The translations under genes were made by a program, and so were the position numbers. The notes under the pieces are model-generated. The model saw only the letters and a program-made list of their open reading frames with translations, was not told the origin of the DNA and made no database searches. From Prasinococcaceae sp. CCMP 1430 (taxonomy: Eukaryota > Plantae > Prasinodermophyta): 64,000 nt of DNA. Shown piece after piece: positions 42,244 to 53,527 of the stretch (the first letter of the stretch is position 1; every line of letters starts with the position of its first letter). The stretch covers positions 154,583 to 218,582 of the forward strand of contig RQSC01000033.1 in NCBI GenBank assembly GCA_013416795.1. The letters run 5' to 3'.

Positions 42244-45200
42244 TCATGAGTACTTGTGCTCCTGCCCAAACTTCGTGAGCACTGTCCCATTGTATGCTAG
42301 ACGCACGATGACGCTCTCGACCTCCTGAAGGTCGCCAAACTTGTCACGTGACTTCTTGAACGCTGAAGGCTCGGGCACGTCGACGCACAGGACCCGCGAG
42401 GCCGACTCCCAGACGGCGTCTGTGTACTGGAGCCCCACCTTTTTGGATCCAAACACGCACTGCAAGCCATCCGCCAGGGACCGCACGAAACCCGACCCCA
42501 GCAGCGCGAGCGTGCGCGCGCCGCTGCCACCGCCACCACTGGCGCTACCGCCAGGGTATGCCAGCGAGTGCACCTCGAGCCACTGGCAGCTAGCGCTCAC
42601 CTTCTGGGCCCAGTCCGGCAGCGGGCACCAGAAGGAGTTCTGGCCGACGTTGACGTTCAGGGTGCGCTCCAGAGGCTCGCCCATCTCGCCCTTGTAGGGG
42701 ATGGGATCGAGGAGATCGGCCGGCAGCACACCATGCAGGTCGTTGTGAGCGAGGTCCACCGTCTCGAGCGAATGGAAGAAGCCATCGCGTCCGAGGCGTG
42801 CAGGCAGCGCGCCACTCAGGCGATTGTGCGAAAGCTTCAGCTCCCGCAGCGAAGCCATGCCACCAAGCCGTGCATCGAGTTCACCACTGAGCTTGTTGTG
42901 ACTGAGATCGAGGTCATGCAGCCAGTACATGCCGCCCCACTCGCCGGGTATGGCCCCAGTGAGCGCGTTGCTCGCCAAATTGAGCACGGCCAGCTCGGAG
43001 AGCGAGCCCATCACCGCCGGCAGCGTACCGCGCAGCGACGCGCCTGCTATGCTGAGCGACTGCAGACGCGTCGCATTGCCCAGCTCGGGCGGCAGCGTAC
43101 CACCTAGCGGGTTTGCATTGAGATTGAGGATAGTCAGGCGCGGCATGGCCCCGAGCGCGGGCGGTACGCCGCCGACCAGGCCGTTGCCCGAAAGGTCGAG
43201 GTGCGTGAGCACTGGGGCGCGCGTCAGTGCGTCAGGGACGCCGCCAGTGAATCGATTGTATCCGAGTTCGAGGATCCTGAGCCCCTCCATTTCACCCAGC
43301 TCCTCAGGAATGGGCCCCGACAGGCGATTCGACGATGCCTTGAGAATCATGAGGCTCTTCGATTCGAGCAGATCTGCGGGCAGCGTGCCAGTCAGACGGT
43401 TGATGCTCACGTCGAGCTCGTACAGGTGGGGCAGAGCGCCGAGGCCCGGTAGGATGCTGCCCGTGTAGCGATTGCCACTCAGCCGCAGGTGCGACAGTCC
43501 ACGCAGGTACAGCACCTCCGACGGCATGGGCCCGTCGAAGGCGTTGCCGGACATGTCCAGGATCGACAGCCACGCGCAGCCCCAAAGCCAGTTGGGCAGG
43601 CCGCCCTTGAGCTTCGAGTTGGCGAGGCTCACCTCGCGCAGCCGACAGCCGTCTGCCTCCCAGTACCATCCCTCGCTCATATATTCCATTGGAAGCATGA
43701 GGCGGCCCTCACCGGGAATGGCGAGAGAGCGCTCGCCCTCGGCTGCCGCAACGATCGCGCCGCTGCCAGCTTCTTCACTGTCGCGGGCCTCCTCCGCCGC
43801 GTCGTCGCTGCACTCGTCCTCCGCAAGAGCCCGCGCGTCCGCTCTCTTCCCCGCTGGGGCACCTCCATCCTCTCTCATGCCGCGCCCCGCCTCGGCCTTC
43901 GCCGCCGCCACTTCCGCCGAGCCGAGCGACGGCACGCCCGACGGCACAGTGGCGGCAGGCAGCGCCCCGAGCGGCGGCCTCGGTGGCAGCGCGCCCTGCA
44001 GCGCGTCCTCCATGGGTGCCAGCTGTAGCAGCCGCGTGGGCTCCCACTCCCACGCAGGAAAGGTTCCGCCCAGCGCATTGTCGCTCAGATCGAGCACCTC
44101 GAGATTGGAGAGCGCCCCCCACTCCTCTGGGATAGGGCCCCGCAGCTGGTTTTTGCTCAGCTTGAGCACCTGCAGCTTGGACAGCCTGCCGAGCTCGGGA
44201 GGGAGCGGCCCGGCAAGCGCATTGTCGCTGAGGTCGAGCACGCGCAGCTCTTGGAGGTCGCCCAGCCACGCCGGCAGGCCCTGCGCGACGCCCGCGCCGA
44301 GTCGCTTGTCCCCCTGGCAGCCTATGACGAGCACCTGCAGATTCGTAAGCCTGGAGAGGCTCTCCGGGATCTCGCCGCGCAGGTAGTTATTGCTCATGTC
44401 GAGGTACTTGAGCTCCGTCATCTGGCTGACGATGTCTGCCCACGCAGTATCGTTGCCGTACTCGCACAGCACATTCTGGTAGTTGAGCACCAGCTCGGTC
44501 ACGCGCCCGCCCGAGCACACCACGCCGTCCCAGTGGTCCGTGCACGGGTCGCCCGACATCCAGCTGCGCCGGGCTTTCCAGTTGTACCCCCAGCACGCCT
44601 CGTACAGCTCGCGTAGTGGCACCACGTCGGGGGACATTGGCAGAACGAGCGGGCTCGAGCGCGCGGCCAGCGCGTCGGCGGTGCCCTCGGCGGTGCCTTC
44701 GCCCTCGTTGCCGACGCTCTGCACGCGCGGCTCGAGCGCGTCGGGCGGCACGCTGAGGTCTGCTTGCTTCGCCGCGCGCTTCTTCGCTCGCCGCTGCTCG
44801 CGCCGCTTGCGCTTGGCCACCTCGGCGGGATCCTCGAGCTCCTCGAAGTCCTCCGGGACCTTGCCGTGTTTGCCCTGCCAGTGGTACTTCCACCAGTCGC
44901 GCACACTCTTGCGCAGGCCGAGGTCGTGGCGCGGCCGCGCGGCCGCCTCACCGCCGGGCTCGCCGCTGAGCATGAGGAGCTGCGCGGGCGCGGGCGCGCG
45001 TGCGCGTGTGAGTGCGTGTTTTGCAGCAACCTCGGGCGTCGGCGCGGCGCATGCGCACGAGCCCGCGGATGCGCCTTCGCGCTTCCTCGCGCTCGCGCGA
45101 GGTCGACTTACCTGGCTCGCCGCCCCCGGCCCGAGCATTAGCCCGGCGGGTGTCGGCGTGCGCGCGAGACGGTGCGCGTGGTACGGCAGCGCGGCGTAGT

Positions 45201-45339
45201 CGGGCAGCTCCTCGCGCGTGGGGTCGTACGCCGGCGGGCCGTACAGCCGTGAGCGAGGGACCTGCGCGTGCGCGCCGCGCGGCGCTCGCGCCGCGAGCGT
45301 CGCCAACGCCGCGAACGCCGCGAGCGCGACCGCGAGCGA
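42244..45339 (-). CDS. Secreted plant-type LRR protein with non-LRR island and C-terminal IPT/TIG-like domain; intron 44980-45111; 5' end cut at N 45340
   Basis: Signal-like LAVALAAFAALATLAA, N-cap (W..GDPC..HWDGVVC), ~18 LxxLxLSxNxLxGxxP repeats, then LLGSGF...QCVFG...RVLC. Confidence 0.88.
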   Translation of the reverse strand, partial: SLAVALAAFAALATLAARAPRGAHAQVPRSRLYGPPAYDPTREELPDYAALPYHAHRLARTPTPAGLMLGPGAASQVSRPRASARKREGASAGSCACAAPTPEVAAKHALTRARAPAPAQLLMLSGEPGGEAAARPRHDLGLRKSVRDWWKYHWQGKHGKVPEDFEELEDPAEVAKRKRREQRRAKKRAAKQADLSVPPDALEPRVQSVGNEGEGTAEGTADALAARSSPLVLPMSPDVVPLRELYEACWGYNWKARRSWMSGDPCTDHWDGVVCSGGRVTELVLNYQNVLCEYGNDTAWADIVSQMTELKYLDMSNNYLRGEIPESLSRLTNLQVLVIGCQGDKRLGAGVAQGLPAWLGDLQELRVLDLSDNALAGPLPPELGRLSKLQVLKLSKNQLRGPIPEEWGALSNLEVLDLSDNALGGTFPAWEWEPTRLLQLAPMEDALQGALPPRPPLGALPAATVPSGVPSLGSAEVAAAKAEAGRGMREDGGAPAGKRADARALAEDECSDDAAEEARDSEEAGSGAIVAAAEGERSLAIPGEGRLMLPMEYMSEGWYWEADGCRLREVSLANSKLKGGLPNWLWGCAWLSILDMSGNAFDGPMPSEVLYLRGLSHLRLSGNRYTGSILPGLGALPHLYELDVSINRLTGTLPADLLESKSLMILKASSNRLSGPIPEELGEMEGLRILELGYNRFTGGVPDALTRAPVLTHLDLSGNGLVGGVPPALGAMPRLTILNLNANPLGGTLPPELGNATRLQSLSIAGASLRGTLPAVMGSLSELAVLNLASNALTGAIPGEWGGMYWLHDLDLSHNKLSGELDARLGGMASLRELKLSHNRLSGALPARLGRDGFFHSLETVDLAHNDLHGVLPADLLDPIPYKGEMGEPLERTLNVNVGQNSFWCPLPDWAQKVSASCQWLEVHSLAYPGGSASGGGGSGARTLALLGSGFVRSLADGLQCVFGSKKVGLQYTDAVWESASRVLCVDVPEPSAFKKSRDKFGDLQEVESVIVRLAYNGTVLTKFGQEHKYS

Positions 45340-45340
45340 N

Positions 45341-45870
45341 CCCCCCCGGCTGTGCCGCCGTCGCAATCGAGGCACCGCCAGGGCCGCCCTGAGTGCCGGG
45401 AAACGCTGGTTCGATGGGCGCTTGCCCAAGCACGGCCGGCCCTGCGATTTCAAGGCCCCCTTCGACACTCATCTCCAAGTTGAGCGCCGTAAGCGAAGAC
45501 CATGCCAATCCGTGATCCGGTACCAGCCGCAGCGCCTCGCTGAAGCACTCCTTTGCAGCCTCATTGAGCCCCTGGACGCGCAGCAGCTGGCCCATGCTCA
45601 CGTGCACGTCGACGAGAGTCGGGTCAAGAAGCAATGCGGAACGATGGCAATCGAGCGCCAACGAGTAGGAGCCCTTCGCCACGTAAGCCGCGGCCAGGTG
45701 GGCGTACGCCGCCGCGTAGTTTGGGTCCAGAGCGATGGTCTTGAGGTAGTATTGGAGCGACAAGTCCAGGTCCCCTACGTCACGCAGTGCGTTTGCCATG
45801 TTGAGGTAGGCCTCGGCCATGGTTGGCTCTAGCTGAATGAGCTGCTGGTTGATCGCAATGCATGCCGAGA
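45341..45870 (-). CDS. TPR exon of a SEC-type O-GlcNAc transferase-like protein, truncated at N 45340
   Basis: CIAINQ...AEAYLNMANAL..GDLDL..QYY...LDPN...LVDVH..G.L...QGL...AWSSL...PAFP follows the plant SEC TPR order. Confidence 0.7.
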
Positions 45871-46542
45871 GTCGCGCGCGGGGCGGCGCGTGTCGCCGAT
45901 GGCGCGCAGGCACTGCGGCGCGCGAGAGGGAGGCGCGCCCGCGCCCGCGCCCGCGCCCGCACGCATGTGCGCTGAGCGGTGGACCTATGCGTGCGCGTGA
46001 GCGTGCGAGCGTGCGCACGTATGCGAGCACGCGTGCGCACGCGCGCGCGAGAGAGAGAGAGGGCGAGCGCGTGCGCGCGCAAGAGAGAGAGCGCACGCCA
46101 CGCGCAAACGAGCACGCATCAGTGGGTGCGCACATGCATGCGTTCGCGCGCACAGTCAGCGTCTGAGCAGGTCGGCACCACCCGAGATCACGCGCGCCCT
46201 CGCGCACTCGCGTTGGCGCACCTCGATGGCGACATCAATGACCACCGCCTCGAGAAGCGCGGCGAAGGCCGCGACGGTCTGTGCGCTGCGGCTCGAGGGC
46301 GACGCGACCAGCGCCGCCGCCGCGGCCGCGGCGGTCGCCTCGTCTCCCTCCGCCGCCTGGTCTGCTCCCGGCGCGGCCGCGGAGGGGCTCATCGGTCGGT
46401 CGCGCGCGTGCGCGTGCCACTGACCACTACGCCGCGCTGCGCGCGGGCGCGCTGCACGGGCGCGCGGGCGCAAGAGAGAGGGTCGCGCACGCGCAGCGCG
46501 CAAAGGACCCGCGCGGCGAGCACGTCTCGCGTGCCTGCTGCG

Positions 46543-47263
46543 ATGGGCGTCCTCGCTGAGGCCACGGCGGCGCTCGCGCCCGCCGCCCTGCGGCTCGACG
46601 GGGGCGCTGGCAGTTTGGGCGCTGAGCAATTCCTGCGAGCGTGCGGCCTGGTGCTACCCGTGCTTGGGGCGCTCGGCGCAGGGCTCGCCGTCGTCAAGGC
46701 GGACATCGGTGGCAATATAGATAGGCTGAGCAAGCGTCGCGAGGAGGACCCGGGCAAGTACAAAGCGCTCTTCGACATCGTCAGGGTGAGGGCGCGCGAC
46801 CTCTTGTGCGCACGCTACAGAGCGCGGGCCTGCATGCGTCCTGGCGCTCACGCCTGCGCACCGACGCGCGCGCGCGCGCGCGCCCAATCCCCGCACGCAG
46901 GCTGAGATGGATGCACGCACAGCCTCGCGCACCGACTCGTGCACTAACGCGCTCCTGTGGCTGCGCCGCGCGATGGCCTTCGTCGCGGCACTGGTGGGCG
47001 AGCTCGCGTCGGACGCGTCGCTCGAGTGCGCCCCGGCGGCCGCCGCGGCGTACGAGCGCACGCTCAAGCGGCACCACGGCTGGCTCGTGCAGCAGGGCGT
47101 CACGCTCGCGCTCAAGCTCGCTCCGGCGCGCGCGCGCTTCGAGGCCGCCACGGGCGGCGCCGGCGCCGACGAGATGGCCGCGTTCGTCGCGGCGGCGGAG
47201 CCGGCGCTCGAGGAGGTGCGCGTGTTCCTCGACACGCACGGCCTGGACGACGTCGCCGTGTAG
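46543..47263 (+). CDS. GLTP: Glycolipid transfer protein (GLTP); intron 46786-46900
   Basis: VKADIGGNIDRL, SCTNALLWLRRAM, AYERTLKRHHGW. Spliced length is 606 nt. Confidence 0.92.
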
Positions 47264-47676
47264 CACGAAGCGTCCATCCAAACCCGGATCAAACCGACGC
47301 CGCCACTGAATTGTACACTACCGCCGATTCGAAATTTGGTACCACGTCTTTGATCCTTTTGTGCGCGCCCGCCGGCGAGTTCGTACGGAATCGCAACGAA
47401 TGTGTGACTCTGCGGTTTGGTTGGGCGACGGCAGCCCAAGCGGCGGCGGCGTTCCCCCGAGCGCCAATCGGAGCGCCCCGCACGCACGCGCGCGTGCGCG
47501 CGCGCACTGGGAGCCCCCACCTGAGGGAGAGAGGCGCGCGGCGTCCCGCGCACCCGTGCTCTCTCTCTCTCACGCGCGCGCGCGCGTGCGTGTGAAGACG
47601 CGCGCGCGAGAGCGGGTGCGTGCGGGTGCCACTCCCTCGTTGATTTTCGCGCGCGCGCGCGCGCGCGCGCGCAGCG

Positions 47677-50520
47677 ATGGTGGCCGTCCCGGTCGAGAGC
47701 AGCGACGACGAGCGCGACGCGGGCGGCGACGCGGCCACAGGCTACGACGACGCGCGCTGGGGTACGCAGTACGCGGAGGGCGGTGTGAAAGCTGGCGGCG
47801 GGGCCGACGCGGCGGCGCTCGGGGCAGCGCGCGCGAGAGCGAAGGAACGCTTCGACGCTGGCGACTTCGAGGCTGCCGCGGAGGTGTACACGGAGGCCCT
47901 CGACGGCGCCGCGCGCGCGGCAGTGGGAAGCCATGCGGCACAGCTGTACTTGAACCGCGCGCTGTGCTCGCTGCGTCTGGGCGCACCCGACGCGGCGCTC
48001 TCTGATGTTGACCTCGCCGCAGCGGCGCTGGGCGCCGCTGAGCGCACGACGGGCTTGCCCGCGGGCGGCAGCGAGGCTTCCGCGCGGCGGCTCGAGGCCA
48101 AGTGCGAGTATACAGCAGCGCGCGCGCACCTGCTGCGCGCCGAGCAGGGCGAGGCGGGCGCGGCGACGAAGGCCATCGATGCCGCGCGCGCGGGCCTGCG
48201 GGTGCGTTCGGGCGACAGCGCGCTTGTCGCTGCGCTTGGCGAGGGCCTTGCCCTCTTGGGCAGCCCGGTGCTGGCATCGCACTTTGCCGCGCTCATCGAG
48301 GACGCGCAGGCGATGAGGGCTGGGGCGCTCTCAGCCCGTGACGGCAAGTGCATCAAGCCCGTGCCCCAGGACATCCGTCTTAGCTCACGCGAGCTGTGCG
48401 ACGGGCTGGAGAAGTTCATCCTGGGGCGCGAGGCGGAGGTGCGCGACCTGCTGGCGGCCGGCTGGGCTTCGGGTGGCGAGTACCCGTCGCGGCGGCTCAA
48501 GTTCGTGCTGTACGGGCTCCGTTCGGCAGCGTATCGCCGCTCGCCGCCGGCACCAGTCGGATGTGGTCGCGTGCGCTCGCGCATCGAACAGGCCGTGGCC
48601 GATGCCAAGGCTGCCGTCGCGCACTCGCCTGAGATGTCGCGCCGCGCCTGGGGGGAGGAGTTTGCCGCGCTCAGTGCACCACAGCGCGACCCCGTCACGG
48701 GCATGCTGCCCTCGGCGAAGGAGAGAAAGATGGAGGCGAAGCGCTCCCTCGCGCGGCGCTTCATGGACGAGGACGAGAACGCTGGGCGCGCCATTGTCAA
48801 ATACGTCGACGAGGCTCGCCCGCACTTGGCGCTCATCCCAAGAGCAGACGGGGGCGGTGGCATCCTCGACGCGTGCGTTGATGCCGAGCACCTGGCCGTC
48901 ACCTCGGCGGGCGCGGGCGTCACCGACGGCTGCGTCAATGTGCCGCGCAAGACGTGGCCGCGCGCGTACGCGCTGCTTGGCGACGCGAATGCGGGCACCA
49001 AGGACTGGCCGCAGGTGCGCATTGTGTCTGAGTCCCGCGAGCGAGCGAGCGAGCGAGCGAGCTCGGCGTGCGTGAGTGCTGACCGGAGCCAGTCGCGCCG
49101 GCTGCCCACGCGGGCTCGAACAGGCTGCGCTGTACTTCCGGCGCGCTTTCGAGGCCGACCCGAGTTGCGAAGAATACATCGAAGAGCTGCGGCAAGCCTG
49201 TCGCTGGCTGCCAACCAAGCAGGCGGAGGCACTCATGAGCCAGGGTGCCGACAAGTTCGAGGTGCTCCTGGTCGAGGACAAGCTCATGACTGGCCCTGGC
49301 TACCTGCGGCCGCGCGAGGAGTATGCCAACTACTATCGCTGGATGCGCGAGCGCATCTACGAGCACTACCCTTCGCTGCCCGAGCCTGTGATGCAGAAGC
49401 TGCTCAAGCATGATGCCTACGAACTCGACCTATTGCTGTCATTCCCCAAGGCCATCAAGGGGCAGACCGACGAGTACCTTGAAGTGTATCGCAAGGACGG
49501 CGGCGAATACCTCGAGAGCTACCAGACACCGATGCTCACGTGGGACGAGGTGAAGGCCATGAAGGGCCCAGGCATGGCGGGTTTGCAGGATACCTCGAAT
49601 GTGGGGCCAGGCCAGGACGCGTTGCCAGCTGGCACGTACGGATACGAGGTGCGAGGCGCGTGGAGAGCGTCCCGCGTACATCCGCGCGAACCGTGGGCCC
49701 GTTTGCTATCGCTAACGCGCCACTGCCCTGCGCGCACCCGCGCGCCTGCCTCCGCGTCCTTTTCCATGCGCAGGCTGCGGAAAAGGACACAGATCATTCG
49801 GCGCTGCCCTCACGCGGCGACGGCGGCCTCACCGCCGCCGAGCGGCTCGGTGCGCCCGCACCGACACAGCTGCCACCCGACCGCAAACGAGATGTCGACC
49901 AAATCATGTGGGGTGCCGGGAGGCTGAGGAAGGAGATCGAGGCAAGCTCAGCGGGGGCCGCACCGCTAGGCTCGAGGCAGGCGGTCATTCTGCGCGAGAG
50001 GAATGAGAAGGTGCGTGAAATCTGGCGCGCTCTGAGAGCGCGAACTTGCGGACACGAGAGCAAACGAAAAATGACGCGCGTGCGCGCGCGCGCGCGCGCG
50101 TGGCTCCGCCCCAGCTCGCTGACCGGTGCCCCCTCGGCACCACCGCGCGCCAAAACGCACAGTTGGAAGCCATGCACTCGGGTGGCAAGGCTGCGCTTCT
50201 AGAGGACGCATTCGGCGCAGATGCGTCGCTCGCGGCTGCGCGGAAGGCGGATGCGACGGCCGCTGCCGCCGCCCGCCGCGCGGAGATACTCGCTGCCGCC
50301 GACGATGCCGCGGCTGCGGCCGCAGCCACCCTGAGCTCAAGCACATTCAGCACCACGGGCGACCTCGACGAGATGGATGTGCGTGAGCGAGTGTTGCGCG
50401 AGCACCAATGCGCGCACGTCTTTGCACGCGCGCAGCGCTTGATCCTCACCCTATGCCCGCCCCGCCCTCTCCTTTGGGCGCATTCGCCCACCCCAACCGC
50501 CCGCTCGCGCCCTGCAGTGA
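47677..50520 (+). CDS. TPR protein with MLLE/PABC-like domain; introns 49015-49123, 49649-49773, 50011-50162, 50379-50517
   Basis: TPRs: AKERFDAGDFEAAAEVYTEAL and LYLNRALCSL; split TPR WPRAYALLG|AALYFRRAF. All four GT-AG introns are phase 0. Protein ends ...DLDEMD*. Confidence 0.75.
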
Positions 50521-50795
50521 TTTGCGCATGGCTCCCACTTTGTATTTTCGCCTGCACTGGCTCCTTCGTTACTGCGATCGTCAGTGCTGCCCGCCTCGCG
50601 CGATCGCGTGCGTTCGCACGCGCGCTCCGGCTCGGGCGAAGAATGTCGTACGGACAGCGACGGCGCCCCCCCCCATCCCACCCGCGGCGCAGTGAGCTGT
50701 CCGCGGGACCGCTGGCCGAGCCCGCGAACCCATTGCCGAGCCCTTTCGACGCGCCAGTCTTCGACGCACGCAAGCGATCCGACCGGGCTCGGCCT

Positions 50796-51892
50796 TTACT
50801 CATCTTCATCATCCTCGACCACCCAGTCGACGAAGCTCACGAGGAACTCAAGGAAGGTGATGGTGCCGTCGCCGTCCCAGTCAAGCTCCTGGAAGCGCTG
50901 AATCGCCAGCCTGTGGTGCGAGCCTCCACCGTGCGTGGAGCCCTCGCCGAGCGCGTTCTCTACCTCATCGCGCGTGATGGAGCCGTCGGCATCTTTGTCA
51001 AAGAATGCGAAGGCGTCCGCCACGATGTTGATGGCCTTGTCGATTTCCCCCTGGCCCTCTGGCGCCTCCCCGCTAGTCTTGCGCAGATTGAGCAGCGTCG
51101 TCAACGCGACCACGATCACGAACTCGTGGAAGTCGAGCTCGTGGCTGGCATCGATGTCGCTCAGCTTGAAGATGTCGTCCAGTAATTCGTCGCTCGCCTC
51201 CACTCCCAGCTTTGGCAGGCACGCCTCGATTTCGTTGCGCTGGAGCGCTCCGTCCCCGCTCTTATCAAACTCCTTGAACATCTGCTTCATCCGCAGGAAT
51301 GCGGGCTCAATGGTCGCGAACTTCATCAGGATGGAGTTCATCGTCTTAAGCTGCACCGTGGGGTGTGCGCAGTGGTCCTTGACTGCCTGTGGGTGCGCAC
51401 GCGGGCACAGAGTGCGCGCGTGCGAGTGTCAGTGCGCGTGCGCGCGCGCGCGCGAAGAGTATGCTTGGGCGCATGCGCATGCAACATGGCGAGAGAGACC
51501 AAAAGGCAGCGGCGGGAGGGGCGGAGGTGCGGGCTAGCGGCAGCCACAAGTGCGGGACCCACCTCGATGAGCTGATCGACGAGAGCGCTGCGGCGACGCT
51601 CGGAGGGACGCCGTGTCCTCAATGCTCCCTGTGGCATGGTGGCACGGTGCACAAGCGCCGCATGCGCACGCCGGCGTCAGCACGCGCGTGCGGCTTCGAG
51701 ACACAGAGCGAGCGAGCGCGGAGTGGAGCTGGGGAGGGGAGAGGGATGTGCCACGCCCTTCGCACTCGATCGCGCGCGACGCTGGGGCCACCGGGCGCGC
51801 GCTCCCACCTGCACCCCCTTGCTGCCAGCGACCGCACCACCCTCGGGTGGGCCCGCCACATTGTGCGACGCCGAGCTCATGCATCCACCCAT
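50796..51892 (-). CDS. EF-hand calmodulin-like protein (CML21/22-like) with N-acylation motif; exons 51892-51809, 51628-51563, 51386-50796
   Basis: MGGCMS start, NSILMKF, EF loops DKSGDGAL, DKDADGSIT and DWDGDGTITFLEF. Spliced length is 741 nt. Confidence 0.88.
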
Positions 51893-52798
51893 GGTGGCGA
51901 CGCTTTGCGCGCCCTTCTAGTCCCCGTTTCCTCCCCCGCTCCCTCCTTCCTCCACCTGCCCCGCTTCTCCCTGGGCGTCGCTGCAGTGCACTGCACCGTG
52001 TCCCGGCAGCGCGCCGTTGCGCGCGGCTGGCGTGCGGTGGGGACTGCTGCGGCTGCGATCTGCGGCGCGCCCGCGCAGCGCGGCGCGGCACGTCGCGCGG
52101 CGTGTGTGCCCCCCTCTCCCACCCCACCCCCTCACCCCCGTCCACACAGCGGCCACCCGGCGCGCCCCATTGCGCGCCCCTCTCGATCCGCAAGCCCCGA
52201 TGCAGCCACCACCTGCTCGCCCGCGCCCCGGCCGGGCCGCAGGCGCGCGCGCCTGCTTCGCCGGCCTGCCTCCTCTTCCCCCCATACCCGCCCGCGGCCG
52301 TGCCCCTCCCGCGCCGCCGCGCGCCAGCAGGCGTGCGGCAGCGGCGGCGCCGCCGCCGGCAGCCGCAAGCCCACCCCGCCGGGCCCCGCCGCCGCCGGGG
52401 GGAACCAGCGCGCGCGCGAGGTCCCAACGCAATCCAACTCACTTTGACGTACACATCCACTCGCCCGTGGGGCGTTCCCCGCGCGCGCCCGCGCGCGCAG
52501 CGGTGGGAAACTTTCCTCACAATTCTGGACCCTAAAAATGACCTGGAATTGACCCTAAAACATTTTCACGGGACAGCCGGGGTCACCCGCGCGTTTCAAA
52601 GTTCTTTTGAGTTTTGATGGGAGTTTCGGCGTTTGGTTTGGGGTCGGGCGGCGGCGCGCGTTCCCGTTTTGGGACGGGCCCGGGTGACGGGAGGACGGCG
52701 GGGCCGAGGCGGGCCGTGGGGCGGGGCAGCAGGGCGCCCCGCGCGGGCGGCGCGCGGCTGCGCGAGCCCTGGCGGTGGCGGTGGCGGTGGCGGTGGCG

Positions 52799-53257
52799 AT
52801 GGCGCTCGGCGCGGCGCCCGCGGCGGCCATCGAGCGGCGCTGCAGCGCATGTACAGCGGTAGCCAAGGAGCTGCACCGACGACTCTCCTCGGACAAGCCA
52901 CGCAACGCGCTGGACATGCGAGGGCGCATCAACTCGGCGGGAGAGCGGCAGGGGCGCATGATCAGCTACAAGGACAGCGAGTTGCGCATCACCGAGACGC
53001 TGGATGACCTCTGCGAGGACATGTCCCATCACTTCCTCACGAATGGCGAGTGGGGGACGTCCAGCGCGGGCGTCAACCGCATGGAAAAGAAAGCCATGTC
53101 CAAGAGCTTCCAATTTTACTGCAGCACGCTGATCGAGAAGCACGAGGACGCCATCGTCGAGCGGATACGCGCAGGCAGCGCGATGGGCGAGACGCCGCGG
53201 GACGTTGAGGACACGCTCTGCGTCACCATGGACAGGTCGTGCGACCCCGAGCTCTGA
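52799..53257 (+). CDS. CNPY: Canopy-like (saposin-fold) ER protein
   Basis: CSAC..VAKEL, LDMRGR, SELRITETLDDLC, YCSTLIEKHED, LC...C, and an ER-retention-like DPEL C-terminus. Confidence 0.85.
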   Translation: MALGAAPAAAIERRCSACTAVAKELHRRLSSDKPRNALDMRGRINSAGERQGRMISYKDSELRITETLDDLCEDMSHHFLTNGEWGTSSAGVNRMEKKAMSKSFQFYCSTLIEKHEDAIVERIRAGSAMGETPRDVEDTLCVTMDRSCDPEL

Positions 53258-53527
53258 TGAATGGTCCCGCGACGCAGCGGCGCGTGCGCGGTATAAATCG
53301 ACTGTATTCAGACGCTCGCATTGCAAGGGGCCTTGAGGTGAGGTTCCCCACCCCAGCGGACCGCGGCGGGCGAGTTGATGAGCGAGGCGCGCGAAGAAGG
53401 GAAGTTACGCATGCTGCGCGGGCGCGGCGCGCGGGCGCGAGGCGGGAGCGGGCGATGTCCCCGCAGCCGCGGGCGCCCCGGGTCGAGCCCCGGGCTTTCT
53501 GGGAATCGTGGCCGCGCAGCAGAAAGC

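Noticed and set aside
46218-46393. FAALLEAVVIDVAIE resembles the Sgf11 N-terminal helix
   Set aside because: No Sgf11 zinc finger follows; it may simply be a 5' exon of the SEC-like gene.
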